64,000 bases of DNA from Octopus bimaculoides. Taxonomy: Eukaryota. Below are positions 1 through 12,378 of the stretch, one piece after another. Every line of letters begins with the position of its first letter. The stretch's first letter is position 1. The stretch is from positions 6,530,175 through 6,594,174 of the forward strand of contig NC_068996.1 of assembly GCF_001194135.2 (NCBI RefSeq). Direction: 5' to 3'. The notes beneath the pieces were generated by a model that was not told the origin of the DNA, searched no databases, and saw only the letters and a list, made by a program, of their open reading frames with translations. The translations under genes were made by a program, and so were the position numbers.

Positions 1-232
1 GTATCTGAAAAGAAAATCTATGAAATATGGTCAGATACGAGCTCTGTGGGAAATGAAACACATCCAACAAAATATGAAAAAAATGCTGTGCCATCCTCTC
101 CACCCAGCTACTTTCAAAGTCTACAGCCACTGAAAATAAATCAATGTGCCAGGAATAGTTGTATGTAAGAAGGCAATAGAGACAGCAGAGTACTAGATTA
201 AATTTCTTTAGCTCCATTTTTTACATTGCTAC

Positions 233-421
233 CTCAGTCTACACATTTCTGACTTCACATCCTGCTGAGTTTGTCTGTCATCAATTCTACTGGGGTCAAT
301 AAAAACAAATAACAATACAATACTGGAGATATAATCTTGAAGTTGACTATGTACACCATCTTCCGCCTTCCATATAGAAATTGTCTTTCTGTTTCTCCAA
401 TAATGGTAAGAATGGTAGGGA
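233..421 (-). CDS. Candidate internal coding exon of unidentified host gene A
   Basis: Acceptor tgaattacag, donor AG|GTAGCA, 189 nt open (PYHSYHYWRNRKTISIWKAEDG...DVKSEMCRL), phase 2/2. Compatible with the 5141-5186 exon upstream and a strong acceptor (ttttcttttcag) whose exon starts at position 4. Confidence 0.45.
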
Positions 422-805
422 CTGTAATTCACAAACATTTTATTAAACTTCACATTTCCTTTTAAGCTTATTGGTTGCCAATTACCATTATGTGTGAGTA
501 TCTTGTGTAAAATCTGAATTCTAAGAGTATTAACACCAGTCTGTGTAGGTAATAATCATGAAAGAAAGGGAGTGATGGCTACAGTCAAATGACTGGAACA
601 AGTAAAGAGAGAAAGAATAGTATTCCTATTTACAATGATAATGACATTGATAATAATGATGATCATCATAATGATGAAGCAGTGAGAAGAATAGGACATG
701 GGGAAATAACGAGTAAGCCAAAAGCTGATGATGAAGACTATGTTGTTTAGATTATTTACATTATTTACATTTGACAGATATTTGTCCTCATCTTGTTTGT
801 TGTTT

Positions 806-850
806 ACACAACGTTTCGACTGATATACCCTCCAGCCTTCATCAGGTGTC
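806..850 (-). ncRNA. Minimal type I hammerhead ribozyme motif (PLE-associated, dimer type)
   Basis: Sense sequence GACAC-CUGAUGA-A-GGCUG-GAGGGUAUAU-CAGUC-GAAA-CGUU-GUGU: intact core, 5-bp stem II (one G-U), stem I ACAC/GUGU, palindromic AACGUU in place of stem III. One extra A after A9. Confidence 0.75.
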
Positions 851-933
851 TTGGGGAAATTTTGAACCTGGGTTCTCATTCCTAGGGTATTTTTTGATAT
901 TATTATTATTATTATTATTATTGTTATTATTCA

Positions 934-1005
934 GGTCACTGCCTGGAATTGAACTTGGAATTTTGGGGTTAGTAGCCCACGCTTTGAACCACTACACCAT
1001 ATGCC
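934..1005 (-). promoter_or_regulatory. tRNA-like Pol III cassette (A/B boxes) inside the PLE 3' region
   Basis: TGGTGTAGTGG (A box) and AAGTTCAATTCC (B box) with tRNA spacing, plus an anticodon-loop-like CT-ACT-AA. The same cassette recurs at 50907-50980. Confidence 0.65.
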
Positions 1006-1964
1006 TGTGGGCAATTATGGAGTGAATTTTAGGGCTTATAAATCTAATATTTTTCTACCCTTCCTTAATACCGGTTCCCATATGCTACTCATATCTTTAC
1101 TTGGTCTGCTTAGGAGGTTGTTGTGTCCTAGCATATGTACTGCTTCTTTTAGTTTTCATATATTCCAGTGATGTTCTCTGTCTATTATTTTAACTTCATC
1201 CCACAAGGGGGAGGTGGTTTCCATTGTTCCATACATGGTCAGCTATAACCGATTTATCAATATCTCCCCGTGTCACAGCTTTGCAATGTTTGTCTACCCT
1301 TATTTTGAGGAGGCAGCACGTTTTGCCTTTGTACAACCTACCACTGCTGCAACATTTCCATCAAGTTTCTTATTGGTATACCAGTGCATTCTTTTAGATG
1401 GGTGTCTGTCACTAGTTTTTCTTGAATCACCAATGGTGCTTCACCAGTTGAGACTTTGGTGAACAGATTTATCACATCTAGACTCACTATCTGGTTGGAT
1501 TCAATGGGAGTATCCTTGATCAATTCTGTGAAGTGGGTGGAATTCTTCACATACGATGTTGACTTTCCTGCTAATGGACTGATTCTATGTTGTTTAGTTA
1601 TAAGTCAGTCCCCTGACTGGATCAGGCCTATAACCAAATTGGTTCCAACCACGACCACCCAATTTTCCTCTTGTGTGTAACTTGGACTACATAGTCTAAT
1701 GTCTCTCTTTCTCTAAAGTATTAAGGTATAATTTGAGGAAATTTTAGCTGCTATTGGCTATTTCTACCAGGCTGAGCAACCACATAGAGGTTCCTTTGGT
1801 AACTTGTGATTATTTCTTATCCTGGATAGATATCATTTTCTTTTATCTAAGACAATACCATGCAATTCAAGGAAGGTGTGGCTGTTATTTCAGGCAGGTA
1901 GACCAACTGCATATAACTGTTCGGTTTGGTTTGGTTTCAGTAGAGAATATTATTCTTAAAGTAG

Positions 1965-2185
1965 TTAACCCTTTAGTATTCAGATTACACAGTCAAATAT
2001 AATGCTTATTTATATATATACTTTTGAATTAATCCTGCATTACCTCATAACTTTCAGATTTTCATGATGTGAATGTTTATTTTTAGAATGACATTGACGG
2101 GTAGGTGTGAGAGACTGGATCTGACTGGTTTGAACATAGAACAGGTAGAATATCTAGGTTGGATATGGATAATCTAAAAGCTTAA
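1965..2185. mobile_element. piggyBac-like MITE, with a second partial copy starting at 2182
   Basis: Starts TTAA-CCCTTTAG, ends CTAAAAGC-TTAA; homologous to 62167-62395 in opposite orientation. Confidence 0.7.
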
Positions 2186-4518
2186 CCCTTTAGCATTCAT
2201 ATTATTCTGTCATATATATTGCTTATTATATATGTTATTATATATATTATCTAAATCACAAGGGAAAGTTGTGTGAGCATGTGTCTGCGTGAATGACATA
2301 GTGTACCAATATCGAAAGATTGCTGGCTCAGGCATTGTAGCTTAATTGAGACTGTTTATAACGAGTCAAGAAGGATGCATTAATCATGATGATTAATCAC
2401 TTATCCATAGAATCTATCAGCAACCTTTTGAACAACTGTAATACATACGAGTCATGGGCATGCCACAAATTTTTTCTTTTTTTTTTAGGTGTGTAAGGAA
2501 ATGATTGAAATTATTTAGAAAACTTGAATAACTGTATGTATTTTTCTTGCAATGAAGTGCAACGTGTTCCCCTATCTTTGTTTTAAGACAATTTTAATAC
2601 TTTTAAAAAGTTGATAGTGTTCTGTAACACTTTTAGCATTTTATTTAATGTGGTGTGAATAAAAAAAAACGTTTGAAAAATTGTTGACCTAAATTCTAGA
2701 TAAACATTCAAATTTCACTGGAGTTTGGATCTGAACGTGAACACCATAGCACAACAAGTAACTTTCAATTGTTGCTTCAGTTTTGGTTTTATGAGACAAA
2801 ATAATCGAGGTTAAACCTGCTGGATTACTCTGCCAACATGGGCATTATAAGGTCAGATTGTACACCTGATATTGTCATGTGTTCCTGAGCAAAGCACATA
2901 ACTGTATTTGTTCCAGTTGGGTTGATTGACAGAAAAATAAATAGATAAATAAATAAATAAAAGGTGGGGTGGAACCACTTCATGGTTTAGTGATTATTAT
3001 TAGGAAGAGCAATGAGTATACATGAAAAAAAAAAACAAGAAAAAATCATCTATGTAAGCCTAGAAGAATAGGCATAAAAAGTATATAAAAAAAGACAAAA
3101 GGACTTTAGTATTTGTTCTTTTTAGTCAGACTTGGTGGATTATCTCAATAGCTTCTGCTTGTTATTCAAAATAATGTTTATTCACATTCATATTTTAAAC
3201 AATTGCTCTATCAGAAGAACAAACTCCATTACACTTGACCTCCTAGTAACAGTTGCTAAGTATCCCTCAAATCATACTGTACCATCATAAAGTAACAAAG
3301 GACAGGTTGGACAGGGTAGTCTTAAACAACAGCAATGATCAAAATCTGTTCCAACAAGGTTGGACTAAGACTAAATAATAACAAAATTACTAACAACACC
3401 AGCAACAACCTCTAACAGTCCAAAGTAATTATATATTTATTTATCTACTGAGCACTAGCCATATTTTATCTACCTAGCTGATTGAAAGTCATTAATTTCA
3501 GTAATTAAGTTACATGATTTTTGATGATGAACATTTAACAAAATTTAAATAAATATAAATAATGCCATGTAAAAAAATATGACAGATGGCATAAATATTT
3601 GCTTTATTAAATGTAGCCAGTATGAAACTTGAAATGTGGTTCCAAAGTGGTTACAAGTCTTTAAAAGAAATTCATAGAAAGTATATTAGGAAAAACTTCA
3701 AACAAAATTCCTTTGATGTCATTGTTATATGTTGAAACCATCAAAATGTATTCTTTGATCTTGGCCAAAAATCAGAAACAATTGTTTTCCTCTAAATATT
3801 AATTTTAAAATGTCTACTTTTTAATTTTAACTTCATAATTAAAAAAAAATTTAACTTCATAATTTTTTTCAAAAACAGTCACACACACACATTCTCATCA
3901 TTAAGTTTCATACATATCAATTAATCTCAAAAGTAATTACTTCTTAATCAAAATATATTTAAAACAGAGAGAGAGAGAGTGTATGTGTGTTCACTTAGGC
4001 AAAGTAGTATTAATAACCTGGTATTAGAACTCAACATATATANNNNNNNNNNNNNNNNNNNNNNNNNNNNNNNNNNNNNNNNNNNNNNNNNNNNNNNNNN
4101 NNNNNNNNNNNNNNNNNNNNNNNNNNNNNNNNNNNNNNNNNNNNNNNNNNNNNNNNNNNNNNNNNNNNNNNNNNNNNNNNNNNNNNNNNNNNNNNNNNNN
4201 NNNNNNNNNNNNNNNNNNNNNNNNNNNNNNNNNNNNNNNNNNNNNNNNNNNNNNNNNNNNNNNNNNNNNNNNNNNNNNNNNNNNNNNNNNNNNNNNNNNN
4301 NNNNNNNNNNNNNNNNNNNNNNNNNNNNNNNNNNNNNNNNNNNNNNNNNNNNNNNNNNNNNNNNNNNNNNNNNNNNNNNNNNNNNNNNNNNNNNNNNNNN
4401 NNNNNNNNNNNNNNNNNNNNNNNNNNNNNNNNNNNNNNNNNNNNNNNNNNNNNNNNNNNNNNNNNNNNNNNNNNNNNNNNNNNNNNNNNNNNNNNNNNNN
4501 NNNNNNNNNNNNNNNNNT

Positions 4519-4688
4519 AGTGGGTGCTTTTACGTGCCACCAGCACAAAGGCCAGTCAGGCGGTACTGGCAACGGCCACGCTCAAAACGGTGTATTTTAC
4601 GTGCCACCGGCACAGGTGCCAGGAAGGCAACGCTGGGCACAGGTGCCATCACGTTTTCGCTTTCGCTTGCCCCAACAGGTCTTCGCAT
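4519..4688 (-). mobile_element. RTE LINE 3' UTR fragment (young family)
   Basis: Near-identical to the 3' UTR of the RTE at 18105-19376; truncated by an N gap. Confidence 0.85.
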
Positions 4689-4694
4689 ATATGT

Positions 4695-4960
4695 TGTGTG
4701 GTTAAGAAGCTTGCTTTCCAACCATAACACCTTGGTCTTCTACTATAGCCCTGGGCAAACCAAAGCTTTGAATGAATCAAGTGGATGGAAACTGAAAGAA
4801 GCCCATTATGTACCTTTGTCTTAACATGATATGATGATTGTAAATGAGCATCACTGTCATACAAACAACAATGTTGCTTATTTTCGTTCTTCCATGAATA
4901 AATGTTTGACCATGGTGAAATATTACTTTCTTGGAAATAAATGAGGGTCAGCAATGTACC
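4695..4960 (+). mobile_element. tRNA-headed SINE (family B), degraded
   Basis: tgtggttaagaagcttgctttccaaccat head and ggaaactgaaagaagccc body shared with 46762 and 63180. Confidence 0.65.
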
Positions 4961-5140
4961 AAGATTTAACACTAAACTACTGTCATAAACTCTGAAAGCT
5001 ACACTGGAGTCTACCCCATCTATGAGGCCAGTTACTTTGGAAAAGAAATAATGCAAGCTAGACAACTATTTAGTCCATCAGCAAACAACATTTTTTTGGT
5101 GTCCAATGTATGATAAAATGTGGTCAGTTTCATCTGTTAC

Positions 5141-5186
5141 TTTATGTTCCAGGTGATGCGGTATAGCTCTGTCCAAGCCACACCAT
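5141..5186 (-). CDS. Candidate 46-nt coding exon of gene A
   Basis: Strong acceptor ggtatttttttttttcaag and donor AA|GTAACA. Reads (D)GVAWTELYRITWNI in phase 1/2, matching both neighbours; the alternative frame WCGLDRAIPHHLEHK is also open. Confidence 0.45.
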
Positions 5187-5256
5187 CTTGAAAAAAAAAA
5201 AATACCAAAAATAATATGTTCATGATGATTATGTATATGTACACACACGCACGCAC

Positions 5257-5290
<34 letters not shown>

Positions 5291-5337
5291 CACCAGTATC
5301 AGCACCGGGCAGTGCTTAGGCATAAGTGAACTTTAGA

Positions 5338-5482
5338 TCTGTAAAAGGGTCCTGCTTACTTTAGTTATTTTTATTTATATTTTCCATTTTTCTTTTACTT
5401 ATAGGTAAAAGAAAAATGGAAAATATAAATAAAAATAACTAAAGTAAGCAAGGATGAACTGTGCTCAGGACCCTTTTACAGA
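5338..5482. repeat. Long near-perfect inverted repeat (foldback)
   Basis: About 44-bp perfect inner arms around a tiny loop near 5401, plus outer arms tctgtaaaagggtcctg / caggacccttttacaga. Confidence 0.9.
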
Positions 5483-5818
5483 GGCTCCATGACTGAGGGT
5501 GAGGAGAAGGGAAATAAATTATGACTCATGGGTTGTAATGTACCATGCTGTTAAATTGTCTATCCTCAACCCATGGACCTGTTCCAAATCTCACAACAGA
5601 GTTCTTTTCTGCACAATCAAGTCAGCAAGCAATTTGTGACTTCTCAGCAAATGTAATGGAATTGTCATGAAAAAAATACAAAACTGGTATGCTATTGACT
5701 TTATTCAGTTACTTTTTCAAAACTCGTTGCCTCTCCTCTGTATTACCTTTTTCCCTGGTGTCCATACATCATATATGATACACATTTCCATTTCTTTTTG
5801 TTTTTTTCTATCACTAGA

Positions 5819-6150
5819 GTAACTTAGGATTTATGAAAGGAAAGCTTTATATTACTCAGAATGTATGAAACAAGGGCTAACCAAAAGCCTGAAAACAAGC
5901 ATGGATATTTAGGACAAACATATGAAAATGTATTAGACAAGCAAAGGGCCCTATGTATCCATGACACACAGGACATATTTACCTGCATCCATATTATGAT
6001 ACATGTTCTCAGTTTTTCTTTCAACCACCAGAATAACTCGGGACTTATGGGAAGAAAGCTTTATATTACTCAGAATGTAGGAAAAAAGGGTTAACGAAAA
6101 GCTTGTAAACAAACATAGAGGTTTAGAACTTAAGAAAATGCTTTGGACAG
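5819..6150. repeat. Diverged tandem duplication, period about 215 bp
   Basis: taact..gga.ttatg..aagaaagctttatattactcagaatgta..aaa..aggg.taac.aaaagc occurs near 5819 and 6034. Confidence 0.75.
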
Positions 6151-6770
6151 GAAAAGGATTAAGGTGTTATCTTACTAGTGAGATACTGACATGTTTGCCA
6201 CATCCATCTGGGCCCCAAGTACAAAAGAAAATAAAAAGGCAGAACAGATACTTATTGGCATCCAGTCTGATGCTTTAATAATACCACCAATCCACTGCAC
6301 TATACTGATACTTTATTTTACAGACCATAGAATAACAAAGGGCAAAGTTGATATTCGATGGATTTGAACTCAGAACATAGAGCTGGAAAAAATGCCATGG
6401 CTATTTTTGTCCAACACTAATGATTTTGTCAATTCACTGCCTCTATAACAGAGTGGAGCCTAGTTAAGGAACACAAAGATCAGGTGGCAGTGTTCAATCA
6501 GATGACAGGCTGGGCAAGTCTACCACTCAAAGGTCTCCGCCATGTGACAGTAACCAAAAACCTGTTTGTTTACTGAAATCTATACATAAGGCAACTACTA
6601 AAGGAATCTGCTTCAGTTAAGCATGAAAAATTAACAGTGTAAACTTGAAAAATCATGAAGATGAAGAAGGGGAAAAAAAAGAGCATGACAGTAAATATTT
6701 CAGTATGAATTAGACATAGACATAATGTTAGTCAGATGATTTTACAAATATACAGACACACAAACCTTAC

Positions 6771-6870
6771 CACTGGAGGAGTGAATATTATAAGTGTGTT
6801 TGCAAAGGGATAAATTGAAACAACTTATAGAACTAATTTGTACAGATTGTAGGGAAATGTACTTTTTTTG
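6771..6870 (-). CDS. Candidate coding exon of gene A (5' boundary uncertain)
   Basis: Strong donor GTG|GTAAGG at 6771; the frame ending ...KHTYNIHSSS is phase 1 and joins the 5186 exon. Acceptor ttgtttag is only moderate. Confidence 0.3.
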
Positions 6871-7052
6871 CTAAACAACTAAGTTACAGAGATATAAAGG
6901 ACAAATACAAACATAAAGACACAAAAATATACACACACTTTTGTGATAGGCTTCCACGCAGTTTCCATTTCCCCAAATACCTAATAAGGTATTGGCCTGC
7001 CCCAGGCTGAACAAAGGGTGTTATGCAGTGGGACTAATTGAAAACCTTTCCG

Positions 7053-7091
<39 letters not shown>

Positions 7092-7160
7092 AATGAAATA
7101 TTCAAACACTGAGATTTGAAGTTAGATGTCACTACTGTTCATNNNNNNNNNNNNNNNNNN

Positions 7161-7216
7161 CTAGCCATGACTATGATAAATATATATATATATATATTTA
7201 TCATAGTCATGGCTAG
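7161..7216. repeat. Perfect 56-bp palindrome centred on (TA)8 at a contig edge
   Basis: CTAGCCATGACTATGATAAA-(TA)8-TTTATCATAGTCATGGCTAG immediately after an N gap. Confidence 0.9.
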
Positions 7217-7550
7217 TGCCAGTGAGATGTAAAAGGTACACACTACATTCCTGGAGTGGTTGGCTTAGTAAAGCCATCTAACAGGAGAGACCATGCCGAA
7301 TCATACTGAAACCAATACAGCTCGTAAGCTTACCAGTGCCAGCCAAACTATTTGACCAATGACACCATCAAAGATGGATGCTAAATGATGATGATGATGA
7401 TATATATGCACAGGCATGGTTATGTGGTTATACAGCCCCCATATATAGATACACACACACACGTATATATGTATATATATATATATACACACACACAAAC
7501 GTGTATATATATACACATACAAATGTATACATATATATACACATACAAAC

Positions 7551-7589
<39 letters not shown>

Positions 7590-7611
7590 CACACACACAC
7601 ACGTATATATA

Positions 7612-7760
7612 CAGCCTTGGCCAAAAGTATTAGGCAACCCCAATATTTTGGGGTTCTGCTATCTCAATGTTAATGAAACTCGTGCACATGGTAGATTATG
7701 GTATATTTCACAATATACATTAGCTTTAATATCTGGCTGACCCTCCTTTAGCATCAGTTA
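7612..7760 (+). mobile_element. Tc1-like element left end
   Basis: TA|CAGCCTTGGCCAAAAGTATTAGGCAAC resembles Tc1 terminal repeats; inserted at a TA in a microsatellite; no partner end seen. Confidence 0.6.
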
Positions 7761-7789
7761 CCACTTTTATACTGAAAGGCTGTAAAGCC

Positions 7790-8018
7790 AGGAAGAAGCC
7801 ATGGGTTTCTGAAGTGAATATGGACGCCCCTTCAGTTGCCAACCCTCACCTGTTTCCAAGTTAATCTTCCCGATGACCAGACGTATTTTCATAGAAGGTT
7901 TGAAATGAAGGACACTGCTTACATGACAGTGACATTCATTCACAATGTGTCAAAGTAAGAAATTGTAAGAAACACACATATACATAACACACACACACAC
8001 ATATATATAGATCAATAG

Positions 8019-8075
<57 letters not shown>

Positions 8076-8230
8076 CTTCTTTCAGTTTTTATCTACCAAA
8101 TCCACTCACATGGCTTTGGTCAGCCTGGGGCTATAGTAAAAACAACTCTTAGTCAAGGTGATATACAGTGGGATTGAACCTGAGAACATGTGATTGGGAA
8201 GCAAACTTCCTACCACACAGCCACACGTAT
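7790..8230 (-). mobile_element. SINE family B with RTE-like tail
   Basis: Reverse complement of the family B head (8060-8230), internal microsatellite, and tail segment (7790-7950). Confidence 0.65.
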
Positions 8231-8857
8231 ACTTTTTGACATAAATATAAACATACCTACTCTATTACACTGAGTGTGTTTTTATTTCTGACTTATGGAG
8301 AACAAATTGCTAATGTGTGCATGCATGTGTATTTGTATGTTACATTAACGATGCCAAACACAAGTGAGAATTCAAGAGTTAAAAACTGAGTTCTAATAAA
8401 AATTTAAATCCTATAAAATGAATTTGGCAAGTTAAGATGTCTATTGTGTGAAGCATGTGTATCTGTTATCTGATAACACTCATCAGTTCTTGTATACTGT
8501 GAAGCAGTGATTGGTTAGTAGCATCCTTGATAACTGTCCTTATCAAATATTTCCTAATCATTGGCATCCTGTGGTATTTGAATATCTCTTATCTTTTACT
8601 TGTTTCAGTGATTGGACTGTGGACATGCTGGGGCACCACCTCAAAGTGTTTAGCTGAACAAATTGATACTCGTACTTAATTTACATTCATTATTGAAGTC
8701 TTGTACTTAGAAATCCATCTTTTTAGCTGAAACATTAAGTTACAGGGGTGTAAACAAACCAATACTGGTTGTAAACTAGTGGTACAGAACACATAGTGGT
8801 ACAGATACTAAAACACATTCACATATATATATATACACATACACACACAAATATTCG

Positions 8858-9296
8858 GGCTGGCACCCATGCCAACGTCGTCTCCTTCATTGGACACGAA
8901 ACTCGGCTTGCGAAGACCTGTTGAGGCAAGCGAAAGCGAAGCGAAATCCTGATGGCCCCTCTGTCCTGGCACTTGTGCCGGTGGCACGTGTAAAGACATT
9001 CGAGCGAGATCGTTGCCAGTGCCGCTGGACTGGCTCCTGTGCAGGTAGCACGTAAGAGACACCATTTCGAGCGTGGCCGTTGCCAGTACCGCCTGACTGG
9101 CCTTCGTGCCGGTGGCACGTAAAAGCACCCACTACACTCTCTGAGTGGTTGGCATTAGCAAGAGCATCCAGCTGTAGAAACTCTGCCAAATCAGATTGGA
9201 GCCTGGTGTAGCCATCTGGTTCACCAGTCCTCAGTCAAATCGTCCAACCCATGCTAGCATGGAAAGCGGACGTTAAACGATGATGATGATGATGAT
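8858..9296 (+). mobile_element. RTE LINE 3' end, 5'-truncated, (GAT)n tail
   Basis: Ends cccatgctagcatggaaagcggacgttaaacgatgatgat; CpGs retained, so young. Confidence 0.9.
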
Positions 9297-10775
9297 CTGG
9301 GTAATAACTTCATAACATGCATCTAAAAGCTCCTATACTGTTATTAGCCACCATATACCATCATACAGCAAGGTTACCCCTCCATTTATATATGTGAGAG
9401 TATACACACACACACACATGGCAGGCTTGTGTACAATTTCTGTCTATCAAATTCACTCAAAAGGCATTTGTCGACCCAAGGCTATAACAGAAGACAATTA
9501 TTCAAGGTGTTGTATACTGGGACTGAACCCAAAACCATGTGGTTGCAAAGCAAGATTCTTAACATGGCCATCATTGCACCTTCAATTGCACAGCTATGCC
9601 CTTTAAACTGTTGTGTTTTTTTGTTTTGTTTTTCATTCCAGACATTCGTATTACATGTGCAACCCCTCACAATAAAACTAATTTGTCTGTAAGATTGTAG
9701 CACGTACTTAATCACTGAAGATGCTTGTTGATATTCATTTTTCTAGATTGGATAATGATCCTTCTTTGGAAGTTAATTTTCTTTCTGTGGCCATAGCTTC
9801 TTCATTCTTCAACATATCAGTTAAAAGGATGAAAGCAGTATTGGTTCAGAATATCATTCTGTATATCTTACTTAATGTGGTATACAACAGAAATTCACAA
9901 AACTGCAGTATTTGTCTTGTGAAAGCTTCATGTATAGATGTCATCATCATCCACTTTCCATGTTGGCATGGGTTGAATCATTTGACAGGAGCTGGCTCGG
10001 CAGAAGATTGCACCAGGCTTCAGTGTCTGTTTTGGCATGGCTTTTTACGGTTGGATGCCCTTCCAAATGCCAACCACTTTACAGTGTGAACCGAAGGCAC
10101 AGAAGTGTGTTGGTAGAGATGAAAAAGCATCCAGCAGCAGTGATGAAATTGTTAAAGACACAAAAATTTAGATTTAGCAATTCCATTGCCACTACTGAAC
10201 AATTTTCATCTGCTACTGGAGACCTTACTTTATAGCCGTAAAACAATGACTCGATAATATATATATGCTTGTACTTGTCATTAACCTTAACCCGTTTTTC
10301 AAACAGGAGATTCCATACATCTTTGAAGGTGTAAAACCAAGGGATAATGTCTCAGAGAAGTGCAAATGTAAAGGAACGCCCTTACAAACACCATTAAGCA
10401 CATTTTTGCTTTTTTTCTCATTCTGGCTTTTTTCCTCATTTTCGTCTGTTTTCTCTCCTCATTCCTTTCTGTAGATTCAAAACATTTTCCCTGAGCATCA
10501 AACTAAGACAACTTCTTTACTATTCCCTCACCTATCTCTGTCTTTTGCATTTTGTACAATTTTAAACCACATTTATATATATATGTACACAAGCCTGTCG
10601 TGTGTGTGTGTGTGTGTGTGTATACTCTCACAAATATAAATGGAGGGGTAACTCTGCTGTATGATGGGATATGATGGCTGATAACAGTATAGGAGCTTTT
10701 AGATGCGTTAGGAGGTTATTACCCAGATAATATTGAATATTTGTGTGTGTGTGTGTATGTGTGTGTGTGTGTGTG

Positions 10776-11032
10776 TGTGCAGGTGGCACGTAAAATATAC
10801 CATTTCGAGTGTGGCCGTTGCCAGTAACCCCTGACTGGCCTTTGTGCGGGTGACACATAAATGCACCCACTACACTCTCGGAGTGGTTGGCGTTAGGAAG
10901 GGCATCCAGCTGTAGAAACTCTGCCAAATCAGATTGGAGCCTGGTGTTGCCATCTGGTTTTCACCAGTCCTCAGTCAAATCGTCCAACCCATGCTAGCAT
11001 GGAAAGCGGACGTTAAACGATGATGATGATGA
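10776..11032 (+). mobile_element. RTE LINE 3' end, 5'-truncated
   Basis: Same 3' terminus and (GAT)n tail; flanked by (TG)n and (TA)n. Confidence 0.9.
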
Positions 11033-12339
11033 CATATATATATATATATATATAATGCTAGAGTTTGAGGTTAATGGAGCATGAAAGTGAAGNNNNNNNN
11101 NNNNNNNNNNNNNNNNNNNNNNNNNNNNNNNNNNNNNNNNNNNNNNNNNNNNNNNNNNNNNNNNNNNNNNNNNNNNNNNNNNNNNNNNNNNNNNNNNNNN
11201 NNNNNNNNNNNNNNNNNNNNNNNNNNNNNNNNNNNNNNNNNNNNNNNNNNNNNNNNNNNNNNNNNNNNNNNNNNNNNNNNNNNNNNNNNNNNNNNNNNNN
11301 NNNNNNNNNNNNNNNNNNNNNNNNNNNNNNNNNNNNNNNNNNNNNNNNNNNNNATATATATATATATATATATATATATAAGATATTTGTCTACACAATG
11401 GGAGTGAACTCAAAACCACTTTTTTTTTGATAAGTATACTTTTTAACCATATGGCCATCCTTGTAACCATAAATTATTTACTTCTAGGCAAATCTTTCAC
11501 TCTTCGATCACAATGTCTTCCTAAATAGAAAAATTTACCTTCTCATTGAGTGTAATCCACACTCATTTACTATTGCTAGTGTGTGTGTGTGTGTGTTTGT
11601 GTGCATGCATAATCATCTCTGTAAAGTATACTATTGTTACATCATATATATAGATCCTGAATGATGAAACCTACTGACCTTGCAGGTCAGAAAATATATA
11701 AACTACACAGTGAGAGAAAAAATAAATATCTGTAAAATCCAGCATAGAAGTAAGTGAACAGGAGTGAACTTAAAATGGTGAATGAGGTTGATCCTATTCC
11801 CATGTAGAATTCTTTTTTTTATAAATAACTCAGTTGCAAAATAGACCATCCCCGCTTCCATTTGTGCCAACTATTTAATTTATTAGACAGTTGCTTTCTG
11901 TGGTTTGCGTCTGACAGAAATATCTTTTCAAAGACATGTTAAAAACGCAATATATCTATCTATCTACATATAAGTAAATAAATCAAAGCAAGACAAACAT
12001 TGTCCCAACACTGACCTACAAGAATGCCAGATGTATTTTAACTTCCTTGTGTGTTGTCAATGATGTGTACTCATCAGTCACATGACTAGACAAAATCCAT
12101 TTCCCTCTTATATAAAGAAAACATTGAATAATACATTCATTGGTACTGTGGAAAGCTGAACCACAAAGTTATAGGGGTGTAAACAAACCAACCCAAATTG
12201 TTAAGCAGTGGCAGAGGAGAAACACAAAGATACCAAGATAGGCTTCTTTCAGTTTTCATTTTGTCAGCCTGGGAATATTAGAGTACAAAACACTTGCCCA
12301 TACAATGGGACTGAAACCAAAACGAAATGNNNNNNNNNN

Positions 12340-12375
<36 letters not shown>

Positions 12376-12378
12376 ATA

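Larger units (their letters stand above)
751..1610 (-). mobile_element. Penelope-like element, internally deleted (RT fragment + GIY-YIG C-terminus + 3' terminal region)
   Basis: Minus-strand translation gives PLE RT motif VKNSTHFTELIKDTPIESNQIVSLDVINLFTKV and, after a deletion, endonuclease-end motif KSVIADHVWNNGNHLPLWDEVKIIDREHHW..KLKEAVHMLGHNNLL. Followed by a tRNA-like cassette, (AAT)n and a hammerhead motif. Confidence 0.85.

Noticed and set aside
3979-4824. Long ORFs spanning N runs (also at 11, 23, 24, 33.6, 36 and 56-57 kb)
   Set aside because: Artefacts of translating gaps.
7161-7216. Perfect palindrome as a biological hairpin
   Set aside because: It is centred on self-complementary (TA)n at a contig edge, typical of an assembly strand-flip artefact.
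7301-7740. YI/CV/TH-rich ORFs here and elsewhere
   Set aside because: Translations of (TA)n, (TG)n and (CA)n microsatellites.
8887-9189. Recurrent MAEFLQLDALPNANHSESVVGAF ORFs
   Set aside because: Antisense reading of the RTE 3' UTR; recurrence reflects copy number, and frames differ between copies.
10228-10570. Minus-strand open frame ending at a GTAAGG donor
   Set aside because: No acceptor found, and the upstream part resembles a LINE C-terminal relic (WFKIVQNAKDRDR).
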